Source: Laetmonice hystrix (taxonomy: Eukaryota). From it: DNA of 64,000 nt. Location: assembly GCA_965235115.1 (NCBI GenBank), contig OZ249439.1, forward strand, positions 2,170,001 through 2,234,000. Direction: 5' to 3'. Below are positions 51,394-61,239 of this stretch, one piece after another. The position numbers and the translations under genes were made by a program. Positions within the stretch are counted from its first letter, which is position 1. Each line of letters begins with the position of its first letter. The notes beneath the pieces were generated by a model. It made no database searches, was not told the DNA's origin, and worked only from the letters and a program-made list of their open reading frames with translations.

Positions 51394-53265
51394 TCAGGCT
51401 GGCTGGCAGTGAGGCGGAGGGGGCTGGCAAGGAGGCGGAGGGCGTGAGGGTTTGGTGCTGAAAGCTGAGGAATTACGCTTTAGTGGAGATTCCAGGCGAT
51501 TAAATGAGTGTTTGAAGGTGCTTTGTCGATAGGTGTCGCTCCGGGTAAGACGGAGGTTCTTCAATGGGAACGACCGAGCCATTTCCGGGTTACTTTGCTG
51601 TTCGGGAACTAGACTCGGACAGTAAAAGTGTAGAAATTCTACGGACATTTAACGGAAATCTGCCGGATATGTGGTGTGGTCTCTGATCCGGCCAATTCAA
51701 AATTTAGTGCAGTCGATTGACCAACTGTTTTAGGTGTTGCGTGCATATAAACAGCTTTTCACCAACTGTACAACAAGCAACAAGCAACAGGTTCATATAA
51801 TTTGACAATACGATTTCGGCAGTCTGACTTTTACCATAATGGCAGCGCCCACGCGATGACAACAAAGTACACGTGCGATAGTACAAGGCTCGGAGTGTCT
51901 CCACTTGCTTCTCTCGAAGGTTGAAGGGCAAACGAAGGCTGTCGCTCGCATATTGTACCGCACTTAGAAATTCAACATCTTCAAATTGAAGGAATCGACT
52001 GCACAACATTGTCAATCGTAACGATATTATAAAGTCAACCGTTAGTGTGATAGAAATAACACACATATTTAATACACGTTCTGATGTGTTTTATCCGCAG
52101 TTACCTTATCCCCGCTCCGACAGTCATTACCATTCAACCAACACATCACCTCACATCAATATAACTGAACATTGCTAACCACCGCACATAGTGCCGCCGT
52201 ACCTTTGATCTTGTCGCGAGGTTCCGTTCAACATTCACTTCTCCTGCCAGATGTAGACCTATACACGCCCAGCAATGATTGGAGTTTGCTCCCCAGGGCA
52301 CCAATATCTAAACCTGATTGATTGTACCGGTCCAGTAGAGAGAGAGAAAGAAAGAGCGAGAAAGCGAGAGAAAGAGAACGAGAACGAGAGAGGGAAAGAG
52401 GGAGGGAGAGCGAGAGATAGAAAGAGAAAGAAACAGAGAGGGAGAGAGAGGAGAGAGAGAGACAGACAGAGACAGAGAGACAGACAGAGAGAGAGAGAGG
52501 AACTTAACGTCATAGGTCGTACCTTGCAGTAGTTCATGAAAAGGTTCGTTAAACACGCTGTTTAATACTAAATTAACTAAAAGCGGTGCTAACCTGGTGT
52601 ACGCCCCGGGTAACCCGGTAACTGATCAAGTCAAACTGACCATCTCGACACCACCCTGGGTGTTGCTGTAGGGTAATACCCCTGATCTCAACATTAGAAT
52701 ATTTCCCGCGTGTCTGGCTATGGGAGCCCACATGGCCATGTTACCGGCATGAGGCGAGCACACCAAACATCCTCGCTGGACTTTGTAAGTCCTGTCTGGT
52801 ACGAATTAACAGGTCCGGGTCGGATGTCTTCAGTTCTCCGCGTATTTCTGTAGACATAACCTGAGTACATGAAGACGGTGTGTTGATATATTGGTTTTCT
52901 GAACACAAGCTGACAGCAACAAGCACCCGACGATCCCTGAGACTAATTGAAACTATGAAAGAAACTGCTGATTCATGGGTTGACATACAGCTTAATGAAA
53001 AAAGTGCCAACTGAAACATTCATTACCAGGCTTTTTCACCAGCATGTTGCAATAGAAACACTGAATTATTGCGTGGTAAAAACACGCAATAGTGGTTTAA
53101 GCCTATGGCAGAACTTGCATTTGTACATACTACACAAATGTTGATTCATGGAACGCTGGTCGTCTGGAGAACCAGCTCCACTGATTTCACCTGTATGGCC
53201 AGACCCTGACTGTGGCCGGTCAGGGAGGCCGATCTACGCCTGGAATTCACCAACGTGTGGACGGT
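51394..53265 (-). CDS. Five-exon 3' portion of an unidentified protein-coding gene
   Basis: Exons 53191-53265, 52745-52860, 52523-52557, 52239-52313 and 51394-51608, all GT-AG with consistent phases (0,2,1,1). Spliced product: TVHTLVNSRRRSASLTGHSQGLAIQVMSTEIRGELKTSDPDLLIRTRQDLQSPARMFGVLASCRVFNEPFHELLQGLDIGALGSKLQSLLGVYRSTSGRRIPEQQSNPEMARSFPLKNLRLTRSDTYRQSTFKHSFNRLESPLKRNSSAFSTKPSRPPPPCQPPPPHCQPA*. Family not recognised. Confidence 0.55.
51827..51982 (-). pseudogene. Frameshifted fragment resembling the N-terminus of a RecQ-family helicase, possibly transposon-derived
   Basis: EDVEFLSAVQYASDSLRLPFNLREKQVETLRALY, then (frame shifted) VYFVVIAWALP, then YGKS. This resembles the RecQ Q-motif and Walker A pattern L(R/K)EKQ..AL..G.D..v.LPTGYGKS. 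Lies in the last predicted intron of the 51.4-53.3 kb gene. Confidence 0.45.
52338..52500. repeat. Imperfect (GA)n microsatellite
   Basis: GAGAGAGAAAGAAAGAGCGAG...GACAGAGAGA; fills most of the predicted intron 52314-52522. Confidence 0.95.
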
Positions 53266-53889
53266 CTACAGGTGTGGTGACATGCTGCCCCCATTCCCTT
53301 GGTTACCCCCACCCCTGGGCTACCCCAACCCTCATCAATTCTCACGGTGACAGGTCGCATACATTGGGATTCCCATTGATACAGTTCTCTGCATTGTTTG
53401 TTGAAACTGTGGACATTATGACCTATACACAGATTGTTGAAAAGGTGAATGGTGCCACTAAAAGGTATTGGTCATTGGTAAAGAATTTTTACAAGAGAGT
53501 TTTGTGTCAGAACAGTGAATTGGTCTGCCATGACCTTTTTTTGAGAGATCCCATTTAAATATGAAAGGTCGACGGCTTTCCGCATGATTCCATGGGCCGT
53601 TAGCCTCGTATTGATCTACGTAAAGGAATCACTCATGGGGAACTCGCAGACAATGTGAAAATGAGCTCCCAGAGTCAAGACACCAGCGCTGGCCTTGCAA
53701 TGCTTTACTCAATATTAGATCATAATTCGGATGCCCTTCGCTGGCCGACGAAGGTCTCTGGTATACGCCTTCACAGGGGTTGCTTATTTTCATTTAGGAG
53801 GGAATATATTAGAAAGGATAGAGCCACCATTTCTGTCATCAATCATCATGCCTTGCCTGAGAGAACGGAGAGCATCAGTCTTTATCAGT

Positions 53890-53975
53890 ACAAGCTATAG
53901 ACAAAGTCATTATGTCAGTAAAAGCTATACAAAATCATTATGTCAGTTAAAGCTATAAAAGTCACTATGTCGTAC
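53890..53975. repeat. ~30-bp tandem repeat, 3 diverged copies
   Basis: AGCTATAGACAAAGTCATTATGTCAGTAAA and variants. Confidence 0.8.
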
Positions 53976-54044
53976 AAACCACAATCCATTTATTTTCACT
54001 ACACCTTTCAGACATTCATCGAGTACGACAGATGCAATAAAAAC

Positions 54045-54672
54045 GCCAACAGATGTACCATCCAGAACTACATCTGTTACCATCCAGAACTACACCTGTT
54101 AGCATCCAGAACTACATCTGTTACCATCCAGAACTACACCTGTTAGCATCCAGAACTACATCTGTTACCATCCAGAACTACACCTGTTAGCATCCAGAAC
54201 TACATCTGTTACCATCCAGAACTACATCTGTTACCATCCAGAACTACATCTGTTACCATCCAGAACTACATCTGTTACCATCCAGAACTACATCTGTTAG
54301 CACCCAGAACTACATCTGGTACCATCAAGAACTACATCTGTTAGCACCCAGAACTACATCTGTTACCATCCAGAACTACATCTTTTACCATCCAGAACTA
54401 CATCTGTTACCATCCAGAACTACATCTGTTACCATCCAGAACTACATCTGTTACCATCCAGAACTACATCTGTTACCATCCAGAACTACATCTGTTACCA
54501 TCCAGAACTACACCTGTTACCATCCAGAACTACATCTGTTACCACCCAGAACTACATCTGTTACCATCCAGAACTACATCTGTTACCATCCAGAACTACA
54601 TCTGTTACCATCCAGAACTACATCTGTTACCATCCAGAACTCCACCTGTTAGCATCCAGAACTACATCTGTT
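54045..54672. repeat. 22-bp minisatellite, ~28 copies
   Basis: Unit CATCCAGAACTACATCTGTTAC. Confidence 0.98.
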
Positions 54673-55327
54673 GAGACGTAGCACAGACTCAGCAAGTATC
54701 CCAGTATACCGGCGGCGACGTGGAGTTTATAATATTGTAGACCAGTTCATGGTAATTGGAGCAGTTACTGGGACCATCATCGCCGGTCTACACTTGTTCA
54801 AGGCTGGATTCCACTAAGCCGATTTACAGAAAAATATATATCTAATCTTTACAAATTAAAAGTCCTTTAATGATTTGATGATACAAATTACCAATAAAAG
54901 TTAAGAAAATCGGATGGCCGATCGGATGTAAATCGGCTTATTGGAACACTGGCTGACAGCCATATTTGTATGACAGCTGTATTTGTCATCTGAATATACA
55001 TCCCATGGGGCCCGATATTTCACGGTGCCCGATATTCGTGCATGCCTCATAGTTGTCCCTAAAAATTTCCCAACATTTGTGTCTGTATTACACACAAAAT
55101 ATTTGCTATTTTATTCAAATACTATATATTATTCAAATATAGTCATAACATCTTCATAAAAAAGAAGGAAAATCTAAGGGGGGCCGGGCCCCCAGTGAAC
55201 TAGATCCTCAGGGGGTGGTCGCGGCGATAACGATTCTCGCTGTCGCTCGAATCGGTCGAGTTGAATAACCTTTACATAACCAAGATAGCTTCCGATATAT
55301 TTCGTAGGAACTTCATATGTAACTTAC

Positions 55328-55401
55328 CTTTCACATTGTGCGGGTATACGTAATGTCCAGAGCGGTTTCAGTATGACTGACATATATGTGTATCCATAAT
55401 C
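55328..55401 (-). CDS. Candidate exon (DYGYTYMSVILKPLWTLRIPAQCE)
   Basis: Acceptor aatcatctttacag| and consensus donor AAG|gtaagt; single open frame. Confidence 0.45.
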
Positions 55402-56316
55402 CTGTAAAGATGATTATATCCACGGCACGGGATACAGTGCCTGTATTCGGGATTATCCCTTCCTCTTACTCCTCCTCCTCCTCCTCCTCCTCCTTCTCCT
55501 CCTCCCGACGGGATACCCTAACCCGGTCCTTGCACTCCTCGGGCCCTGGTACTCCGCCTCACAAGGCTTCCCGCCATGGCGATTGAGACTTTTGGATGAT
55601 CCACAATAACAGTTGGGAAGAGGCAGCTGCTTAGGCCTAATATGTATCTTTAGCCCCGTGGGACCACCATAGACGTGTGCGTATGGTCGAACTGGACATC
55701 GTTAGCGAAACCTTGCTCTGACCGTCCCTCCGTTATTGACCATCTGCTGATGAGCTTCGACAGATGTCAACAAACTGACCACAAACTCAATAACCTGGCA
55801 AGCAGCTCTCGCAGCGATGGGAAAATAACTGCTCGCTACATGCGGCTTTCTGTCTGCGACTCTCTGGTCATCGGTGACCACAATACGTGTGATCAATATT
55901 CAGAATGCAGGTATGACTAGTATTCCAGGTATGACAGGGACGGCTTCATTCAGCACATCACAGGGGTTGACTCTAACAGGTGACATGATCCAGCTGAAAC
56001 CCCGCGCAGCCTCAGACACGGCCAGCCACATCCCAGCTCGGGGTGGTTCGGAGGGGAGGGTAACGGTTCCATACCCCTGGCGTTCACTTCGTAATCTCCA
56101 GCAGTTTTTAAGTGTGGAACGTAACAAACATACAACAATACGAGGAGTTGAGATAGTATTTGTCTCCGAGTGGTGAGGGATTCCATATCATGAACGATGC
56201 TGTGGCCCACAACGAGATGTTTCAACAGATCCCCCTAGCACCGACTACAGGGCGCGGACTAACCCACAGCCCATTGGTGCCCAAGGTTTGGCCTGCACTT
56301 TAAAGATTCGCTGGCA

Positions 56317-56319
<3 letters not shown>

Positions 56320-56379
<60 letters not shown>
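56320..56379. repeat. Pure (CAG)20 microsatellite
   Basis: 20 uninterrupted CAG units. Confidence 0.98.
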
Positions 56380-56382
<3 letters not shown>

Positions 56383-56966
56383 GAAGGCCAGTGACGGCGC
56401 CAGTGATGGGCCCGTGATGATGGTGCTGGGCAGGACAAGCCATCGTGACGAACACCAGCTTGGTTGGAGCAGCCTTGTTCCCACCGACACCGCGCACCGC
56501 CTTGGTTGGCAGTGGGAGGCGCAGTCAGAGAATGACATTCAGCCAACAACTCCTTGTGTCATCTCAATCAGAACTACACGGAAACAGGACAAGACAGCAC
56601 CGCCAGATCTACAGCTCCGAGAGGAAACATTTGTCTGTTTTGATATCTTTTAAATCACTTTCTGTTTCTCGGTTCAGCCGTGCCCAGCGTTTTCTGTCTC
56701 TACTTTTTCCAATCCAATACATGGTCTACTGACGTACTGAGTACAAGTCCGGGGACAGCGCTACTTGTCTCTATCTTGGCTCTAATCTCTTGTTCCAGGA
56801 GAGGTAACAACTATGTAAATCTGGGGTCATATTCTTCATATTCAAATTGGTTTTTCTTTCCCATAAAATAACACCAACATAAGCTCAATGTGATTCATTG
56901 CATATCCCATCCACGTACAACCTTTATCAAGTGTGCAAGACAATATTTAGCTGCTCAGCTGGTCAC

Positions 56967-57063
56967 TTTGGATCTTCATTATAACGACATGCTCTGTGTT
57001 GTCGTGTCGAACAAGACAAGACTGATCAATGAGCACCAACTCAATGGCTGTCAGGACGGAGCG
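56967..57063 (-). CDS. Candidate exon (RSVLTAIELVLIDQSCLVRHDNTEHVVIMKIQ)
   Basis: Strong acceptor ccccttttcccttctag| and a single open frame; donor AAA|gtgacc, or read-through to a stop 6 codons later. Confidence 0.45.
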
Positions 57064-58394
57064 CTAGAAGGGAAAAGGGGTCCATGCCCACAATTTGTAA
57101 AGCATGAATAATGCAATACCCCACCGAGTTATTTCAGCAGAACGCATATTGTTGTCCCCGCCTAATTCTCTAGATTACCGCCAGTCACTTGAATAAACGG
57201 AGTATTCCATTTACAATTTATGACACTATTTACACTTCAGTGATGGATCCAGGGAGCCAATTTTTTGTCTTTTTTCTTCATAGATCCTTCTGAATTGACA
57301 CTGCTGCCCCCCCCCCCCCCCCCCCCCCCAGCAAAGCTTTCCTCCTAAACTTGCGCCTTTGGAAAATTCTGGCTCCACCCTAGCTGATAACAGACAAGGC
57401 TTTCCCCGCCACCACCACCCCGGCCAGGGCTGGTAAAACGTTTATAGCATTCAATCGCTCAGGCCTGCAATTTCGTTTATCTACCGCGTAAGATACAATA
57501 GCCCTACATAAATAATCCACCTGTTGGCTTAGCTTTCTGAAATCCTCTCCATGTTCGATACAGATTTCTCAACCGGATATGGTATTGTTCAGAACATATG
57601 AGCGTACCATGGGATGAGATATTCCTATTTATTTACATCGTAAACGTTGAATCATTCACTAAGGCAATATTGCTGAGTGCGGATGGTTTTCAAACCTTGA
57701 CAAAGAAATCAAGAAGAGAGAAATAGAAATGTCCTGTCTTCCATGCCCACTGATGAATGAAATCAAATTATACTTCAAACTGTAAACACATCACTGAGGT
57801 ATGCTGAATCGATTATGATGGGAAAGTGGAATAATTGCACGCCAAGAAAGACAGATTAAACATTAGTAACTGTCTGGAGACGGAGCTGACAGATTACGAG
57901 CCGGTTACGAGATGTTTCCCCATAATCTGAAGAATTTAGTTTCCGACGTGGACAACATTTACCTTCACCTTTCCAACGCAAAGGAGGGCATAAATTTCAC
58001 CAGCAGGTAGTAAAGCTCGCTTGTATGTATATTATTAATCATCTGGTGTATAGATTTACTATGACATTATTGACGCATATAATGATATTCGTATTCCCGT
58101 TATAAACATTCTCATTATGACATAAATAATTTGAGTATATTATTCTTCTTGACAGCCTACAGCTGCGGCACCCAGTGCATATTAAGTGGATAGTGCATCT
58201 CGGAGGGTAGGCCAGATTGTTTATGTCTATAGTCTGGAGGCGAAGCCGAGAGCTTAGCTGGGGCATAAACACCAAGAACCCTCACACCGAGATGCAATAA
58301 CTACCTTATAGCACACTGCTGGAAATGCAGTTTAGTTTTTTTTAAAACTTCCTTGTGAATTGCACTTCTGAGTTAACTATATTAACTGAAACGA

Positions 58395-58635
58395 GGTGGT
58401 TATTGTGCCGTCAGACGGCAGAATAAGTAAAATAGTTTGACTTATTACCGACAGGAAACAATATATTTGGGTTGGAGTTAAGGTTAGGCCGAGGGTTAGT
58501 GTTAGATTAAAGTCCCAAAATTGTTGTTAATTAGGCACTAATTAGATAATCCGCTATTTTGCCGTCAGACACCATCCAATAAAAATCCAGTATTGCCGTC
58601 ACGTGACCCATCCATACGCCGGCAGAATAACCGCT
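58395..58635. mobile_element. MITE-like element with telomere-like core
   Basis: GGTGGTTATTGTGCCG versus reverse complement AGCGGTTATTCTGCCG (13 of 16 match). Internal GTTAAGGTTAGGCCGAGGGTTAGTGTTAG; TTAACTGAAA near both flanks. Confidence 0.6.
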
Positions 58636-58927
58636 GCTTAACTGAAAACCTTCCACCATATCCATGTCAATCTTGTTCAATATTCCAACGTGAAATACGT
58701 CCAAAAAATCTGTGGAAGCGATTGCCAATACCATCGTGTTCTATCCTTTGTACCTCTGGCATCACCCCGCGAATGAATCACTGCTACAACTGGTGCCTGT
58801 CTTATGTTATTTTTTGATGGCTCAATCGAGATCAGAGCTTAAAACAGTGAAGTGCCATGAGATACTGTCACTGAATGCTGTATTCAGGTCGCTCTCTGGG
58901 ACATCTGGCGACGCCACATCATCATAC

Positions 58928-58984
58928 CCGTAATATGTTTTGTCAAGATTTTCCCACAAGACCACCAGCAAGTCATAAAATTGC
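58928..58984 (-). CDS. Candidate phase 2-2 exon (QFYDLLVVLWENLDKTYY)
   Basis: Acceptor tttttttattacgag| and donor CGG|gtatga; 57 nt. Confidence 0.4.
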
Positions 58985-59254
58985 CTCGTAATAAAAAAAG
59001 TGTTCCTGTCCCTAGTAAACGTCATTTCATATACAAAACAGCAATAGAGAAACTGCAGCCGATTACCATCAATCACAAGACAGTCGAGGTTGTCTCCTCT
59101 AGGGGAAGTTGTCTCCCTGGCAAAAATTTCAAAATAAAGGTATTATTTGAAAAAGGGTCATCTTGGCCATACATATGGGATCCCTATTTAATAGTGTTGT
59201 GTATTTTTTATATAACTTGCAGCTATGGTAAGATTTCCGTGAAATTTGGGTTAG

Positions 59255-60180
59255 AGGTTAGGGCCAAGGATAGAGATAAGTTTGGGGGGTCTGGGTACAG
59301 AGGGTAGGGATTAGGATTTGAGGGAGGTCTGGGGGCCGAGGGTAGATATTACGATTAGAGACATGGCCAGGGATCGAGATAAGTTTGGGGGGAGGTTTGG
59401 GTACAGAGGGTAGGGATTAGGAACCCGATTTGAGGGAGGTCTGGGGGCCGAGGGTAGAGATTACGATTAGAGACATGGCCAAGGATAGAGATAAGTTTTG
59501 GGGGAGGTCTGGGGCCGAGGGTAGAGATTACGATTAGAGACATGGCCAAGGATAGAGATAAGTTTGGGGGGTCTGGGTACAGAGGGTAGGGATTAGGATT
59601 TGAGGGAGGTCTGGGGGCCGAGGGTAGAGATTACGATTAGAGACATGGCCAGGGATTGAGATAAGTTTTGGGGGAGGTCTGGGGGCCGAGGGTAGAGATT
59701 ACGATTAGAGACATGGCCAGTGATTGGGATAAGTTTTGGGGGAGGTCTGGGGCCTAGGGTAGAGATTACGATTAGAGACATGGCCAGGGATTGAGACAAG
59801 TTTTGGGGGAGGTCTGGGGGCCGAGGGTAGAGATTACGATTAGAGACATGGCCAGAGATTGAGACAAGTTTTGGGGGAGGTCTGGGGGCCGAGGGTAGAG
59901 ATTACGATTAGAGACATGGCCAGGGATTGAGATAAGTTTTGGGGGAGGTCTGGGGGCCGGGGGGTAGAGATTACGATTAGAGACAGGGCCAGGGATTGAG
60001 ATAAGTTTTGTGGGAGGTCTGGGGCCGAGGGTAGAGATTACGATTAGAGACAGGGCCAGGGATTGAGATAAGTTTTGGGGGAGGTCTGGGGGCCGAGGGT
60101 AGAGATTACGATTAGAGACATGGCCAGGGATTGAGATAAGTTTGGGGGGATGTCTGGGTACAGAGGGTAGGGATCAGGAT
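59255..60180. repeat. Compound ~68-bp G-rich minisatellite, ~12 copies
   Basis: Unit GAGGGTAGAGATTACGATTAGAGACATGGCCAGGGATTGAGATAAGTTTTGGGGGAGGTCTGGGGGCC, with GGGTACAGAGGGTAGGGATTAGG inserts. Confidence 0.96.
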
Positions 60181-61239
60181 CAGGTTTGGGGCTGGGAATA
60201 ACGATATATTTTAGTTTTTAGTTTCAGACACCAGATTTCGTGTAGTTACTACGATGCGGGTCTGATACACTCGGCCAAGACAAGATCTTCATGAGAATGG
60301 CCCAGTCAGCACTGGACAATCGCACGTAACGAGCCTGTAATGGTGAGATCCCAGGGCGACCCCAGCGACTACAGCCGGATACCGTTCAATACGGGAAGAA
60401 ATTGACAGAAAAACGTGCCTCCATTGTGCATGTTTCAGGGCCGAGTAAGATGAGGTTCACAAGCTGTCGGCGACAGGCTGCCGTATCCAGGTTCTATCAC
60501 GTCACAAGACACTGACCTCGCAGTTTAAATGTCCTGGATTTTAGACACGCAGACATTGATGTCTTCACAAGTGTCAGTCACTGTACAAGAAGATCTAGAA
60601 CCGACTCACCAACTCTGAAGTGATATTGTGTGGAATTGCTGCCGACCGAAGACCACATAGAGACACGGTCTGAAGCCCGACTGAACAGTATCACTACCCG
60701 TCCTTCCTCATTACATCCCAAACCGTCTACAGTGGCCGTCTCCCGCCCTGCCTCCCGACAGGGTCACTCCAAGGTCACTCTAAGGTCATATCCTTCTCAT
60801 CTTATTCATCTTCCAGAATCAGTCAATCTTGACCGTGTCTATCTTCATTAATAAACATAATTTTTTAAACAGAAGTTTTTTTTATCATTTTCTATAAAAT
60901 TCTTGAAGCGGAGAACACTAGCTGATATTAATACACATGGTATTGAGAACACAAATATAAACTTTAACCCTGACGTTTGCTCCAGCTTTAGGCATGATCG
61001 CGATCAATATATGAGGTACTTGATACGTACCAATAATTCATTAAAAGGTATTGATTAGATTATTGATTATTGATTATTTATTAGAGTGAGGCTCAATCTT
61101 TTATTGTAGACATTCTGCTATATCTTTCAGCGTTCTTTAACTAGGTCGGGATCGGTTCAGACGACCAGGGGTCACCGTCAACTTCCGGTCTGGTCACTGA
61201 AGGTCATGGCTTTGTACCATGATAACCAACCCCTTATTG

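Noticed and set aside
52259-52556. Charged ERERE and hydrophobic SLSL ORFs
   Set aside because: Translations of the (GA)n microsatellite; the plausible coding parts are the short flanking exons.
56160-56235. KHLVVGHSIVHDMESL resembling the DEDDh exonuclease motif (ILVGHxLxND)
   Set aside because: Single short motif with a weak acceptor; no Exo I or Exo III motifs found nearby.
58600-58735. GILNKID resembling a GTPase G4 motif
   Set aside because: No G1 or G3 motifs, and the ORF runs into a MITE-like element.
1340-60180. Six-bp palindromes (GTATAC, TGATCA, TCATGA, GGGCCC, TGTACA) in many repeat units
   Set aside because: About half of random 40-bp units contain one; the observed fraction is not clearly higher.
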